DNA of 63,122 nucleotides, filler included, from Octopus bimaculoides (lineage: Eukaryota): NCBI RefSeq assembly GCF_001194135.2. It is 4 parts of 4 records of this genome, joined end to end, with 100 filler letters (N's around TTAATTAATTAA, not from the genome) between each part and the next. Parts side by side here need not be neighbours in the genome. Positions count along the whole stretch, not along the records: positions 1 to 26,698 come from NC_068984.1; 3 more parts are not named here. One strand, 5' to 3'. How positions within the stretch are numbered: position 1 is the first letter of the stretch; every line of letters starts with the position of its first letter. The position numbers and the translations under genes are program-made. Under the pieces are notes generated by a model that had not been told where the DNA came from, ran no database searches, and saw nothing but the letters and a program-made list of their open reading frames with translations. Shown here piece by piece: positions 12,752 through 25,610 of this stretch.

Positions 12752-14049
12752 ATAAATGTTGAAATATTGTTTATCACCTTTTCTTCATGCTTTTCACTTT
12801 TTCTTATTTCGACTTGCGTACTAATCCATTTTCATAAATGTATATGTAACGTTTATCTCAAACAGATAGTTTGTCTAATTATTCGTTACTATAGTCGAAC
12901 TACTGTCTTCCAAGTCAGTATGGCAAGCTTTGTAGAAGCGCAAAAATGTATTTATTCTTTCGAATGAATAACATTCCAATGTAGTTTCCATGAAAAATAT
13001 ACTAATACAATTATACTTGCATACATATATTGGAAACACACGCAAAATCTCCTATAAAGTGTATACTAAAAAGAATAAATTCTCGCTTATACAATAGACT
13101 CACAACATCTTATCCAAAAGCCCAATACTTTATCTTTTCACTTATCACACTTCTTTAAGATACAATTGAAAAATGGCCAAAATGTAATCTCCGTTGATAT
13201 GTGGTAAATTATGGAAAGATAAGCCTCTTAAATATTGTAAACAAGACACTTGAATCGATAATTGTAGGGAAACATCATCTTTTGGCGGCTGATGTAATTT
13301 GTTTGTGACGGAACTCGTGGATATCTGGTCAAGTGTTCCGGCCAATAAATCAATTTGTATTATGACGCTGGACGAGGTTGCTCGCTTACGCAGTAAAATA
13401 ATAAGAACAGCAACAACAATAATTATAACAGGCTTCGAATCTCACACATTCAAGAGAGACGTTGAGCCGAGATCAACTTTCCCGAAGTAGACAGCCAGCT
13501 TCTTCAGATGAGGAAAAGATCATATTCCTTCGTTCTACTCATAGCTGCATTGCAGCGTTTTATAATATATCAGTCTGTGTGTATACGTGTGTATATGATT
13601 GAATATAATATTCGTACTGTGTTAGTTGCACGTGTGTATGTATATGTCTGTTCTTCTGTTTCTGTAACAATATTCATAATTTGCCAATTGATAGTGGCTA
13701 ATAATTTTCGAAGACTGAGAGATGATAAAATAATATTACAAATTATGATATGTGACTGATTCCATATTCCTATTGCGTAAATAATTAAAATAAGGTGACT
13801 GACAGGCATGATTTAGCAGATTGAAAGTGACGCTATCTTAATAGCACTTCACTTGCATAATATGTAAGTACTTACTGCATCAATTCCACAGAGATCGTCT
13901 TTTGTTAGCATGCTGCACTTTCGGATAATTATAAGATGACTTGCATCGGCTTACAGCTCAACTCATAAACATACGTATTCACAAAAGGCACACGCACACA
14001 CGCATATTTATGTTTTTTTCTTTGAGTTTTATTTAAGTTGTTCTTAAGA

Positions 14050-15410
14050 GAGTTAAAGCCTGTCGCTAACAAAACGACAAACTTTTTGAATTAAGTCAGT
14101 TCCTGGTATTTGTAAAGACGTGGTTGAATTGTTGCATTGGTTGAGCTGTCGATGCACACACTCAAGTGTACGCATCTATTCATCTAAATAAATCTCAGAT
14201 GGAGAATCTTTGGAATACAAATTTTCAATGTGCCACTAATAAATTGGATTTGGAAAAACCGCATCAGTTTCTTTTGCTCCTTCTTCGAAACACCTAGTAT
14301 TCCAAGGGCTTTGTGTTAATTTGTAGATACATAGCCCAATGCATCTGTAATTATAGGTATAAACGAGAACTTATAGTCAGAGTACAAGAGCTGTTAGTTC
14401 CGCATTAATTCACCATAAATGTTTCCGTTTTACTGAACGTTTGGACGGTACATTCACGTCCACTGGGTAGCTAACCTCTACAACAGTGCATGACTTTTGT
14501 TCCTTGTCCCATGGAACAATGTTAGGTCTCTTATGCTTGCACCGATTTACTCTTTGTATTGGAATGTTCCACATGAATTTTGAATGGTGTGAATACATTC
14601 AGGTTCTGAAATGTATATGATGTATACGTCAAGGCAATCCTTCTTGCAGGAAGTACCTCGGAGACATTTGGCGACAGCTGCTGATGATGCCTGTGATATC
14701 TTCTACTCTGGTATAGAGGAGCTGAAAGGCAACCTTCATGCATTCTTTTCTTTACCCACTTATTTTCATTTTCATTCGTCTTCAATTTTTTGTATAGTCC
14801 TTTCTCTTTGCAATCTTTCATCCTACTCATGCCTGACCTTACATCTAGTAATAGCGGTTCAGTGGCATTTTTTACATACCATGCTTTGTTGTTTTCTTCT
14901 GCTCTAATGCTGTGTTCGCATCCAATAAGTTCTCTTCCCCCTCTTTTTCTTGGTACATACAGTCTGTCTGTGTCCCTTTTTGGGTGAAGTGACCCATATC
15001 TAGTTAGCAACTTCTTTGTCTTTCTGTCTAAGCTGTTTAGTTCGCCTACTGTCCATGCGAATACCCCAGCTCTATATCTAAGGAGTGAAATCGCCGTGTA
15101 TTGATAGCTTCAATCTTATTCCATCCGTTTAATTTTGACTTAAGGACCAGTCTCAGTCTGCGCAAGTACTCCACCTTAAAATTTTCTGTCATTTCTTTCT
15201 CCATCAATTTATCAATTTCCAAAATCCCCAAGAACTTATAACCTGTCTCTTCTATCTGCTTCATAACCTCACCCAACGGTATCGTTAGTCCGCCCATACA
15301 TTTGATTTTGCCTCTCTTCAAGACTAACATACCACACTTTCTCAGTCTGAACTCCATTCTGATATCAGCACTGAATGTATACACCGTATCAACGAAGGAA
15401 CTGACTACAG
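14050..15410 (-). mobile_element. R4/Dong-like non-LTR retrotransposon (RLE type), 5'-truncated and degraded
   Basis: RT C-terminus (I.MEF.L.KC, YKFLGILE, YLRRLRLVLKSKLNG.NKI.AINT), HPK.DTDRLYVPRK.GGR, a Zn-knuckle remnant (VEDIT.IISSC), the RLE motif RP.IV.WD.....C.VVEVS.P.D, and FIPII..ALG. Confidence 0.9.
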
Positions 15411-15603
15411 GTCTATAAATATATTCGGCTGATGGTGGAGAGGTCAGCCATAAAGACAAAAGAACCACGCACCCTTTGGGTCAGCAGAGGTCAAATGTGT
15501 TTACTACTACCAGCTGCTGCTGACAGCGCTGCCTTGAAAAGAAGCAATTCAACCTGTTCTATTGGTAGAAAAAACAATAGTAATATATACACACATACAC
15601 ACT

Positions 15604-15651
<48 letters not shown>

Positions 15652-15729
15652 NNNNNNNNNNNNNNNNNNNNNNNNNNNTATATTTTATATACACACACAT
15701 ATATATACTGATATTCACGTCGTTGAATT

Positions 15730-16770
15730 TTTGAATTTCTGAATTCAATTGTGTTGTTGGAATAAAAGGTGTGTTTATGTATTTGGGTAATATATTAAAG
15801 CTTTAAAGTTTTCTTGAGATGTTTGTTTGTCTGTCCAGTTGGAGAATACAGTAGGACTTTTGCAATTAAAAGGATGTTTACATTTTCGAATACTCAGGGA
15901 GAGTCAAAAAGAAAACAAGGTGTAGATAGTAAAGTCTTAAGATTTACTAAATATGGTCTTTTGTATGACCGCACAGAGAAAAATGGTAGTGTTCTTAGGA
16001 TAAAAAGGGGGATCGTTTATGTGTTCGAAAGCTGTAGGTATGTAAGTTTCCTAACTAATTTTATTTTGAGGGAGAGTTAAAATATTCACAGGAAATTGTA
16101 GATATTCCAGTTCTGGGGAATAGTAGGATGAAGAGATGTTCACCTTGTTGCATTTTTGAATTTCTGAATTTCTTTTTCTTTTGGAATTTTTCTTTTCTTC
16201 TTAAAAGCTTTGCTGTGGTTTACAGTTTTTTTTAGTTGTGCAGTATCTATATATTGGCCGGTGCTTACTTCCTTAATTTTTTATCGTACATTTGTGTTGT
16301 TACAATAAAAGGCATGTTTACATATTCTGTTAGTCAGGGAAGAAGGGAAGACAAATGTTCACACAAAATTGGAGACATTAAACTTTCTAAACTATTTGAG
16401 GTGTTCGTTTGGTATGTCCGTTCAGAGAAAACTGGTGTTTTTTCATTTTTTTGTTTTTTTGTTTCAATAAAAAGAATGTTTACATTTTCGAATATTCAGG
16501 GAAAAAGGAACCAAAAGAAAAGGGAGGTAAATTTTATTTCGCAGAAAATTTTAGATATGAAGTTTTTAAAATTTACAAGAGATGATCTTTTGTCTGTTCG
16601 AACAGAGAATACTGTAGTGTTTTTGGAATAAAGAGGATGTTTACGTTTTCGAATACTCGGGGGAAAGGAAAAATGATAGATATTCACAAAAGGTGTAGAT
16701 ATTTAAGGTTTTAAAACTGATTGTTTATGTTTTGAGGGAAATTCAAAATACGCACAGGAAACTGTAGATA
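15730..16770. repeat. Old degenerate tandem repeat, ~160-bp subunits
   Basis: The core AATAAAAGGATGTTTACATTTTCGAATACTCAGGG recurs near 15762, 15864, 16304, 16466 and 16628. TTTTGAATTTCTGAATT occurs at ~15730 and ~16154. TTTTGAGGG..AAAATA..CACAGGAAA.TGTAGATATT occurs at ~16065 and ~16730. Confidence 0.75.
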
Positions 16771-16839
16771 TTTATCATTATTATTATCAACATTATTGTT
16801 ATTATTATTATTATTATTGTTATTATTATTATTATTATC

Positions 16840-17125
16840 TTTGCACAGCTTCTAACAAAGATGTACTACGGTGTCAGCTGTTCTCTACCAGTGAACTAAG
16901 GTAACACCGTCTATTTTCGAGCATTTTCCGGAGTATTCGAGCGGTTCTAAGCAGTGCTGTTTTCTGCAAGTTCTCCACCCTTATTGCAGCTCCTGTTTAT
17001 TCCATGTACTTCTCAAGATTTTACTCACTGTTCCCAGGGCTCCGACAATTATTGGCATCACTACCACCTTTTTTTCATCGGCCACAACTGCTTAACCTCT
17101 CAAGCTAACCTGTCATATCTATCGA
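16840..17125 (-). mobile_element. R4/Dong-like LINE 3' end flanked on both sides by (TAA)n
   Basis: The translation is EVKQLWPMKK.VVVMPIIVGALGTVSK.LEKY...LQKTALL.TARILRK.LE, followed by a 3'UTR and an (AAT)n tail. Confidence 0.85.
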
Positions 17126-17151
17126 GTTATTATTATTGTTATTATTATTAA

Positions 17152-17193
<42 letters not shown>

Positions 17194-19413
17194 CATTGCT
17201 GGAATTTCCAAGGCTGGTTGAAGGAGGAGGCGAAATTACTGGGAAAGAAACGGTCTGAAGTTTCACAACAAAATGACTCATCCAAAGCTACCGATGAGCC
17301 AGGTGATAAACAAAGTGATGTATTGGAGAACATCTGCACTCCATACTAATATACTGGTGTAACTTTCTCTACTTACAAGTTTTCTTTTACAAGAGCAACA
17401 AAAGGATTCATGTAATATTCATACTGAGATTTAGGAGAAATATTTAGGCTACTGATAGTCAAAGCATCAAACTAATTCCTTGCTAATCATTTAAAAATCC
17501 TGTATGCAGATATATCTTGATTAAATTTCCATCTTATATCCTGCGTGAACATTAAAGTTAGTCATGGTACTTCTCCAGACTGGCTAACATTTAGATTTAG
17601 TGTCTGATATCGTCAACAAGCAACCGCTAAGTTGTGTCAGATTAGTAGTTTGTTTTTGCAAACCGAATTATATAATCTAATCTTCATGTTTTATCAACAT
17701 AAATTACAAGGCATTCATCAACAATATAAACAAGGGATCCGACAGACATTATTCTTGAAATACGTGTCTGAGATAATATATTTCATCAGATATATTAATA
17801 TACCTTATCTGTTTTTCCCTTTGGGATTTGCTTCGGGATTAGGTCAAAGTTTTCAAGTTTTGATTATTTTTGCTCCTACTTTAACACGGCGTTGTTCCTC
17901 AGGTATTCTTAGTTTATGTATAGACATACATAAATACATAAACACAGATAGATAGACAGACACACGCGCGCGCACACACATGCTATTACTATGAATTACA
18001 TGTAAGGTAAATGTACACACATGCGTATATGTGTGTACATGCGCATTTATAAGTGCATGCATGTAGGTACGACTGAATTTTTGTGCAGTGCAAATAGGTA
18101 CCTAGATAAATAGACAGACAGGCAGACAGATAGATACATATATACATACATAAATACATACATACATACATACATACATATACATACATATACAAACATA
18201 CATACATACATACAAACATACATACATACATGCATGTATATATACATACATAGAAGTATCTTGTGAATCTTTAAATACGAAAAATAACTTGAAAGACTTA
18301 AAAGATATTGCATGCGTAAGTGCATATTTGCAAGCATATACATGTCTACCACGTCTCTCCCTTTCTTCGTGACCATCTTCTATTTATATAGCTCTCTCAC
18401 TCTATCTATCCGTTCTCTTTCTACCCATCTTCGTTTACAGTTTTTATACCCGGTGTAAAACGTTTCTGCAGAGTTTGGGAAGCATTCGTTCACATTTCAT
18501 TGTAGTTCTTGTTAGTAGACAAGAAGATGGTATTTATATAGAGTAATCTTCATCATGTTGTTGATACGTGTTATTCTATGCATTTGGCTAGAAAACTACT
18601 AACTGCTTGTTTGCTAAGTGAACATCAGTTCTATAATATGCCATTCACACATCTGCTCTCAACAGAAACCATATATACTGACAGTAGTTGTTTATAAGTA
18701 ACTGTACAGGGTTGTTGAAAGCTCGCAAATCGTCACCGACTTACTTTTTCTCTAGTTTTCATTTGCTCGGTCAATGTACCAATCAGTAAATAGATACCGC
18801 GTTCTTGGTAAGAGTTTCTTTGGCTTACATTATTGCAGAGCTACAACCAGATCAATGTATCAAACATTTCTAACACCACTGTCCAAAACTTACACGATAT
18901 AAAGAAATTTCAACAACAACAACGCTATCAAAGGAATACTGAATTTCTTTCACGAGACAAGTATATATCCTAGTGGAGAATTTAATTTATTTCCCTTTTA
19001 CTTTAGAACAACGTCTGTGTCAAAGAATTTACCTTACATGTAATTCATAGTAATACCAGTTACTTTAAAATAAATCAATGCCTATGTATGACCAGTGGGA
19101 AAATTCATTCTGCTGAATATAAAACTACATTTCACAATAATCCTGACAGTATGAATATTTGTGTATTATTTAAACAAACATTTATATTCATCATTAAGTG
19201 GTGACTTATGATTGCCACTGGATGGGTAATTTGATCAAAGAAATTAAATTAAGAATCATCAGTTTCTATTTTTTTCTTTTTCTAACCAAGAAAGCCTCCG
19301 GTAAGATTAGTATCTATGTAAAATATCCATTTTTCTCTTTTTTTTAAATTCTTATTATGATTCATTTTTTTTATATATATAAACGCGTTTCAATATCCCA
19401 CTACAATATAATA

Positions 19414-19639
19414 TTGGGTTGTCCGGAAAGTTCGTGCCACTTTTAAAGGAAAGAAAAAGCTCAATAAATATTCGCCATTACATTTTAAGCAACCAAATAT
19501 GAACCATTGTGTTGCACAATGCGTCTCCATCTTTCCTTTAACTTGAAAATACTCTCTTCCCAGAATTGAGGTGGTTTCATGTCAAATAAGTCGAAAGGTA
19601 AGCTACTATAAATCGGCACGAACTTTCCGGACAACCCAT
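19414..19639 (-). mobile_element. 226-bp mariner MITE / deletion derivative
   Basis: Near-perfect TIRs TTGGGTTGTCCGGAAAGTTCGTGCC / GGCACGAACTTTCCGGACAACCCA, with TA on both sides. The interior encodes the transposase C-terminus QFWEESIFKLKERWRRIVQHNGSYLVA*. Confidence 0.93.
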
Positions 19640-20449
19640 TACGTTATTTTATTATTAGATTCATAAAAGTGGAGTTTTGTAAGGAAACAAAATCTCATAC
19701 TTATTAGTATAAGATGATATGCTGCCATGTTGAAGCCTTTTCTAAGTGCACTGGTGGTGTAAGAGAAGTGAAGTAGCCTTTTATTTAAGCGGATACAATT
19801 ATGAAACGAAATTTTATCGCATATTGCACTATGACCTTAACTGTTATCTTTCGAACCTAGAAACCATTTATTTTCTCGTCCTACATTGGCGTTTTACTGT
19901 TTCAACGTCCTACCATTATTGTCATGTGCTTGTCAATTATGCATTCTTATGCTCTTTGTATCAATAAATTTAACTTGACTTTGGCACATATTTATAGTTA
20001 GATTATCTAGACCCTTGGCAATGAAGTAGCATAGGGGTATAGCACAATGACTGGACGAAGTTCAGGTTTGTAACCTGAAACTTAGCAGATTTTCAGGTTG
20101 AAGATTTAAAGATTTGTTAGGCTATCACAATTCCAACTTGACTGGCTGTAACTTTCAAAATCTCCATCACAACCTATTGAAAAGTCGATATGAAAGATCA
20201 ATGATGTATACATTATGGAACCTATTTTCAGCTACAACAATAGACTATTCCTGCTCAGAAATGTTAACTGTGTTGATATTTTTCTGTCGTCGTAATCATT
20301 TTTACTGTTTTATCATTCACGAAGGCTAAGGCTAAAACATTGGTTACTCAGTAATCGAAATTAGTTTTTCAATGAGTTGAGTAGGATAAATTTAATTTCG
20401 TAATTCATCACGATAACTGAGTGAATTAAATAAACATGATGCCAGCTTT

Positions 20450-20960
20450 TTTAATAGTTTGGTTTGGAGAAAGAGCGGTGATGGCAGCCTTCATAACCCT
20501 CTGAGATCGATGTCGTCGACGCTGCTGATGTTTCTATTGAACAGATTAAGTTTAAAGGTTGTTGGTAGAAAACATGAACAGAAATAGAATCCAGATATCG
20601 ACAACCTGGAGAGGAAAGGCTGATCGAAGTGCTTAGTGCGGAATCCCCGTGAGGAAGAACAATATGGAGGTGAGCTCTGTGTACATGTGGCACGAGCCGA
20701 ACTAACTATGAATGTCGCAGTAGCAGCGGTAAAAAAGGTAAAGTAAGGAAACAGCAAGTATGTGGATCAGAGGCTGGAGTCTGATAGTGAAATACCATTT
20801 TGTCAATTCAATTAGGTTAATTTTTGATGTCGTTTAGAATATCTGTGGGCAGTAACAACACTAACTCAGATGCGGGAAGAGTATTCCAGTGTGGGTGTCA
20901 CTTGGACTACGGTCAACAATTGTTGGGAGCTGAAGTACAGTCTTGTTTAATGTCACAGTT
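20450..20960 (-). mobile_element. Degenerate CR1-superfamily/Jockey-like LINE 3' region
   Basis: Fragments LQPL.H..AVSLL.LFYR.Y...C..EL.SI and SS.FLPTT.KL.L resemble the post-RT tail of APE-type LINEs. Confidence 0.55.
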
Positions 20961-22303
20961 TTTTTTTTTGTTATGACGATGATGTGAAATTGCCAGAAGA
21001 GATAAAGAGAAATGGCAAGAGATCTACGAGAATTCTGGTTGCGTGTTGTTCATGTTTAGAAGGGGAGGGACAATTTATTATTATTATTTTCTCTTTCTCA
21101 TCTTTTTTTAATATATATCTTTGTTGCTGCTAAAGGACACAAAACGGCATTGCTCTGTTGGATAATGTTTTCAATGTTTCTGTTCTTGCTTAAAATGTTC
21201 TAAAACTCTCTTCCCACTCAATTACAATAATTAAAAGCTAGCCAAGATTCTTTGAACAACATTCTCGCCTTTATAAGTGCTCGGAATATTTTTTGTCCTT
21301 TTGCTTTTTTTCTTTTTTTTTTGCTTTGCTTTAATAGTTTGTAAATGTTGCGTGGGATTGAAAAAATAGTATAAAATAAGACTAAGTTTAAAACTATTAA
21401 CGAACAAGGTAGTGGAAGCGGTGGCAACAGTTTCAAAATATTCTAATTACGAATATTCCGGGTGGCGTCGTGGTTCCTTAGAATGTGGACTTTATGAACC
21501 TAAACTGCGCCATTGTTATTGGATAAGATATACAAATAATTATTGCTCCCTGTATCTTAGTGAAACATTAAATTATCCCTCATTCATTTTACTTTCTGCC
21601 TTTCTCTCAAACAAAAACAAACAAACAAAATAAACTAAAACGCATGAAAAAGAAATGTTTTTAGTTAAATTTTCTTTTCACATTCAACACTAACCAAACA
21701 TTGCAAATAGTATATATTTCGTTTTTGCTTTTCTTCTTTTATTTTTGTATTACTTTTTATGAGAGTATTTATCAAGTTTGTAGTGAGGTAAATTTATGTG
21801 TAATATTACCCTAACGATATCTATAATGAAAAGCTACTAGAAAGTTCCATGAGGGATGCCTACTTACATGTTGGCTTGTAAAGAATATTAATTGCGATAT
21901 ATGAATCGCTCTTAGCTGGCGGGCAAAGATTTTACAAGTTCTCCACTTTTAATTCTCGATTCTACTGATGCAGGCAGATAAGACAAGCTGTGTTAGTTAG
22001 GAAGTGCACTTTACGAAATGACGTCTATACAAACATGTAATCTTGAAACGTGTGTAGGTTTATGAAGGTAAGTAGTAAAATTAAACAGTCAGTCACAGCC
22101 AGAGTGAGATGAAATAGTTCTGGTAACCCGGAATATCTTTTTTTGTTTCTGTTGTTGACCTCTTACTAGAGTTAATAGGCAAATTCTTTCTTCAATAGCA
22201 TGTTTCCTGCTTCGGTTTTTGGAATTTTTTAAAGTCAGACCATTAAAATTCGAATCCTCATCATACAAAAATCAAATCTCTCATTATACAACACACGCAC
22301 GCA

Positions 22304-22385
<82 letters not shown>

Positions 22386-22959
22386 AGCACGCATAGGCGC
22401 ACTCATACAAAGAAATGGCTAGATATACACATATACACCTGTTTACGTACGCATTTGAAAATTTGCACATAGTCACCCGGATATCCATATTTATACACCT
22501 TCAACCGCAATACTCTAACAATAACGATATCTTGCGACCAACCTTAGAATATCACTGGTAAGTGTTTTCTCTATTTTCGAATTATTGAGAGGTAAATAAA
22601 AGACATCGCTGCGATGTGAGCCTCGAAATTTGAAGCTACATTGCAACGTGTAGAATTATTTTGTCTATCGCCATCTCTTAAAATTGTTTTAAGTTTGAAA
22701 CTCTGGGATGATAATTTCAAATGATATAATTAGGGGACAAAATTTCCAATGGCATACGAATTTAATCTGAACCTGGTTGCTGTGCAGTTTGTCAATGTTG
22801 TATCGCACGTTCGACGTATGATATAACGAGATAATGATAATGTCCTTGTAAATCTTTCTATTCAAGATACTGGTAATAACCCTCGACAATACGCAGCTCT
22901 CTGCTTTACACTGTTCAAATGAATCTCTGCGCATGTCCATTTATATTGTGGCACAGTCC

Positions 22960-23220
22960 ACTAGGAGCCAACCAATAGGGGTGTTTTACTTACACACAAC
23001 AGTTAACGAAGAACCATACCTATCTCTCCTCCTCTTCCTCCTGTTATCCCCATTGCCGTAAATTACATCTTCAAACCGGCACAAGTCTTCACCCAGTTCT
23101 TCCTCACAAGAACTGCAACTACTTGGAATTTCTTCACCACCCACACTTTACCTACAAATATTGATTTAGAGATATTCTAAATGAAACACCAATTTCACCT
23201 ATCTGAAAGATCCTACAGAT
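22960..23220 (+). mobile_element. Degenerate LINE 3' end, same type as 20.5 kb
   Basis: QFFLTRTATTWNFF..HTLPTNIDLEIF matches the typical SFFPRT..LWNSLP..FP..DL..FK tail. Confidence 0.55.
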
Positions 23221-23329
23221 AACATGAGCATTGCTTTCTCTCCCATGATAGTCTTTGGGCTTTTTCTTTTAAAGGCAAGGTTATAGTTAGTGTTTAATAA
23301 GAATTTGTAACATAGGAACAAGGTCAAGC

Positions 23330-23450
23330 AATTTTGGTTGGGTGGTCGATCTTATCGACGGAGTAGTACTTATTTTATCGACTCCGGAAGGATTAAAAGG
23401 AATATTGATATCGGAATGTTGATGTACAGTAAGATGCCGGAGCAGATTCA
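23330..23450 (-). mobile_element. Degenerate SINE family A remnant
   Basis: The reverse complement contains CCTTTTAATCCTTCCGGAGTCGATAAAATAAGTACT. Confidence 0.6.
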
Positions 23451-23939
23451 CATTTTTACTGAGATACATCAACATATTTCTCTCTTTCTTTTTTTCTTTG
23501 TTTTGGTATTTTAACAAGACAGTGATTTGGAAGAATCATTAAAGCGTCTGAAAAATTGCTTGGCAGTATTTGTTCCTTAGTACTAGATCATTTAGAGCTT
23601 TTCTTCCTGTTGTTTGTAACCCGTATTCAAGAGCGGTAAACTTAATCTTCTGTCTGTTTCACACGATGACTCGGGCCTTGGGTGCATAGATACAGGTATT
23701 CAGTCTAGATCTCTGGGTTGAGGATAACATTCTCCCACTAGTCTCGGGATTCACAAGGGCCATAGGTGCTGCCCTCTTCTTGTGAATAAACACTTAGAAA
23801 ATACAACTAGTTACCGAAGTACTCTTATAATTGTCATCCGTGTCAGTGTTAGTGTACCTTTTGCATCAGAATCACTAACTGTCAAGCTACAAGATCAAGT
23901 GATTTCTTTGTCTCTCCATTAGGAATATAGTGTAATGGA

Positions 23940-24060
23940 TTAATAGAATCAGAGCATCGGACAAAATGCTACGAAGTATTTCTTTCGGCACTTTATGTTC
24001 AGAATTCAAACACTGCCATGGTTAACTTTGTCTTTCATCGTTCCGCTGTAAAATTGATCC
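23940..24060 (+). mobile_element. Degenerate SINE family A remnant
   Basis: AGAATC..AGC..CGGACAAAATGCT...GTTCAGAATTCAAA...AACTTTGTCTTTCATC. Confidence 0.6.
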
Positions 24061-24213
24061 ACTAATCTATCCACTCGAGTCTCTGGACTTGTGTCTATGT
24101 GAGAAACAAATATTGAAATAGCTGGCAGCGTTGGTGAAGTCTCATACACGACTCTGAGTATTTAGGTAGGAATAAACTCAGTTTCCTCAATATCACGATT
24201 TGACATCCCTTCA

Positions 24214-24640
24214 AAAACGACGAGCTGGCAGAATCGTTAGCATGCCGGGCGAAATGCTTAGCAGTATTTCGTCTGCACTTACGTTGAGTTCAAATTCCGC
24301 CGAGGTCGACTTTGCCTTTCATCCTTTCGGGCTCGATAAATTAAGTACCATTTACCCACTGGGTTCGATGTAATCGACTTAATCCCTTTGTCTGTCCTTG
24401 TTCGTCCCTCTGTTTAGCCCCTTGTGGGCAATAAAGAAATAAGAAACGTTAGCACGCTGGATGAAATGCTTGGCAGTATTTTGCCCGCCGCTACGTTCTG
24501 TGTTCAAATTCCACCGAAGTCGACTTTGCGTTTCATCCGTTCAGGGTCGATAAATTAAGTCCTAGTTGAGTACAGGGGTCGATGTAATCAACTATTCCCC
24601 TCCCCCAAATTTCAGGCCTTGTGTCTATATTAGAAAGGAT
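24214..24640 (+). mobile_element. Dimeric SINE family A element with 17-bp TSD
   Basis: Two monomers joined at ...GTGGGCAATAAAGAAATAAGAAACGTTAGC.... Flanked by GATTTGACATC(C/T)CTTCA at 24197-24213 and 24638-24654. Confidence 0.9.
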
Positions 24641-25570
24641 TTGACATCTCTTCAGTTTTAACTTTGCTCAAAGGTTGATAAAAATAAGCACCTCTAGCAT
24701 TCTGGGGGTCCTTTTAGTCCACTTCATCTGTCATACACTTCAATCTACATTCAATGACAAGAACGTTATACTTCTCTGTTATATAGTTCTCCCGCTATTG
24801 ATAGCAGTGAACTGTGCCTCTGTAGTATTTAAAGTAAATCTTACTGCTTACTGACAGTTAAGTATTTTTCCCGATGCGATGAAACCTCCATTAGCGGCCC
24901 AGCACCCTATTAACCTGACCAGATGTAACTCTTTATCACCCAAAATAACATAGACTAAATACCGTTAAACGATTCTAATCTCGGTAAAATCGGCTATCTC
25001 AAGTAATAGAAATTCTTGGTTATCTTCTTTGATGAATATATATTTTTTTAAATTCTGTTGCATTTTTATAACTTTGCCATGTTTGTCTGTTTTTTGTTTT
25101 ACTTTTTGTTTTACTTTTAGTTTTTCTTAGTACTTTTCTTTTATCATTGTTACGCATCTACACACACGCCCAGTGTGCGCGTACATACACACACACACAT
25201 ACACAGACGAACAGACAGACTGACAGAAACACACACACACATACGTAGATGCATACATACGCTTTTGCCAGGATTGAGTTCGGGAAACAAAGCACAAGTG
25301 TATCCCGAGCCTCATTAGTTAGGAACTTTCTACAGACTGTTATCACTGCAGTTGGTGGTGATTATATAAGCAGGAAACAAAGATAGAGAGACACATATAT
25401 ATACATCCGTGCATACAATCCTTATACGCACACAAAAGTACAAAAATACATACATACATACATACATGTACATCCAGAAACAAAAATAACCAGAACACAG
25501 TGCAACAACTCAAATGCGAAATATGAATATGTATATATATATACATATGTGTGTGTGTGTATGCATATGT

Positions 25571-25607
<37 letters not shown>

Positions 25608-25610
<3 letters not shown>

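Noticed and set aside
13145-13440. Minus-strand frame with TM-like PVIIIVVAVLIILLRKR
   Set aside because: The hydrophobic run is the translation of a degenerate TTG/TTA microsatellite. There is an upstream stop, only a GAG acceptor, and no recognisable homology.
13470-13512. Minus-strand CTGAAGA...GAAAGTT hammerhead-like spacing
   Set aside because: No G10.1-C11.1 closing pair and no convincing stem I or III.
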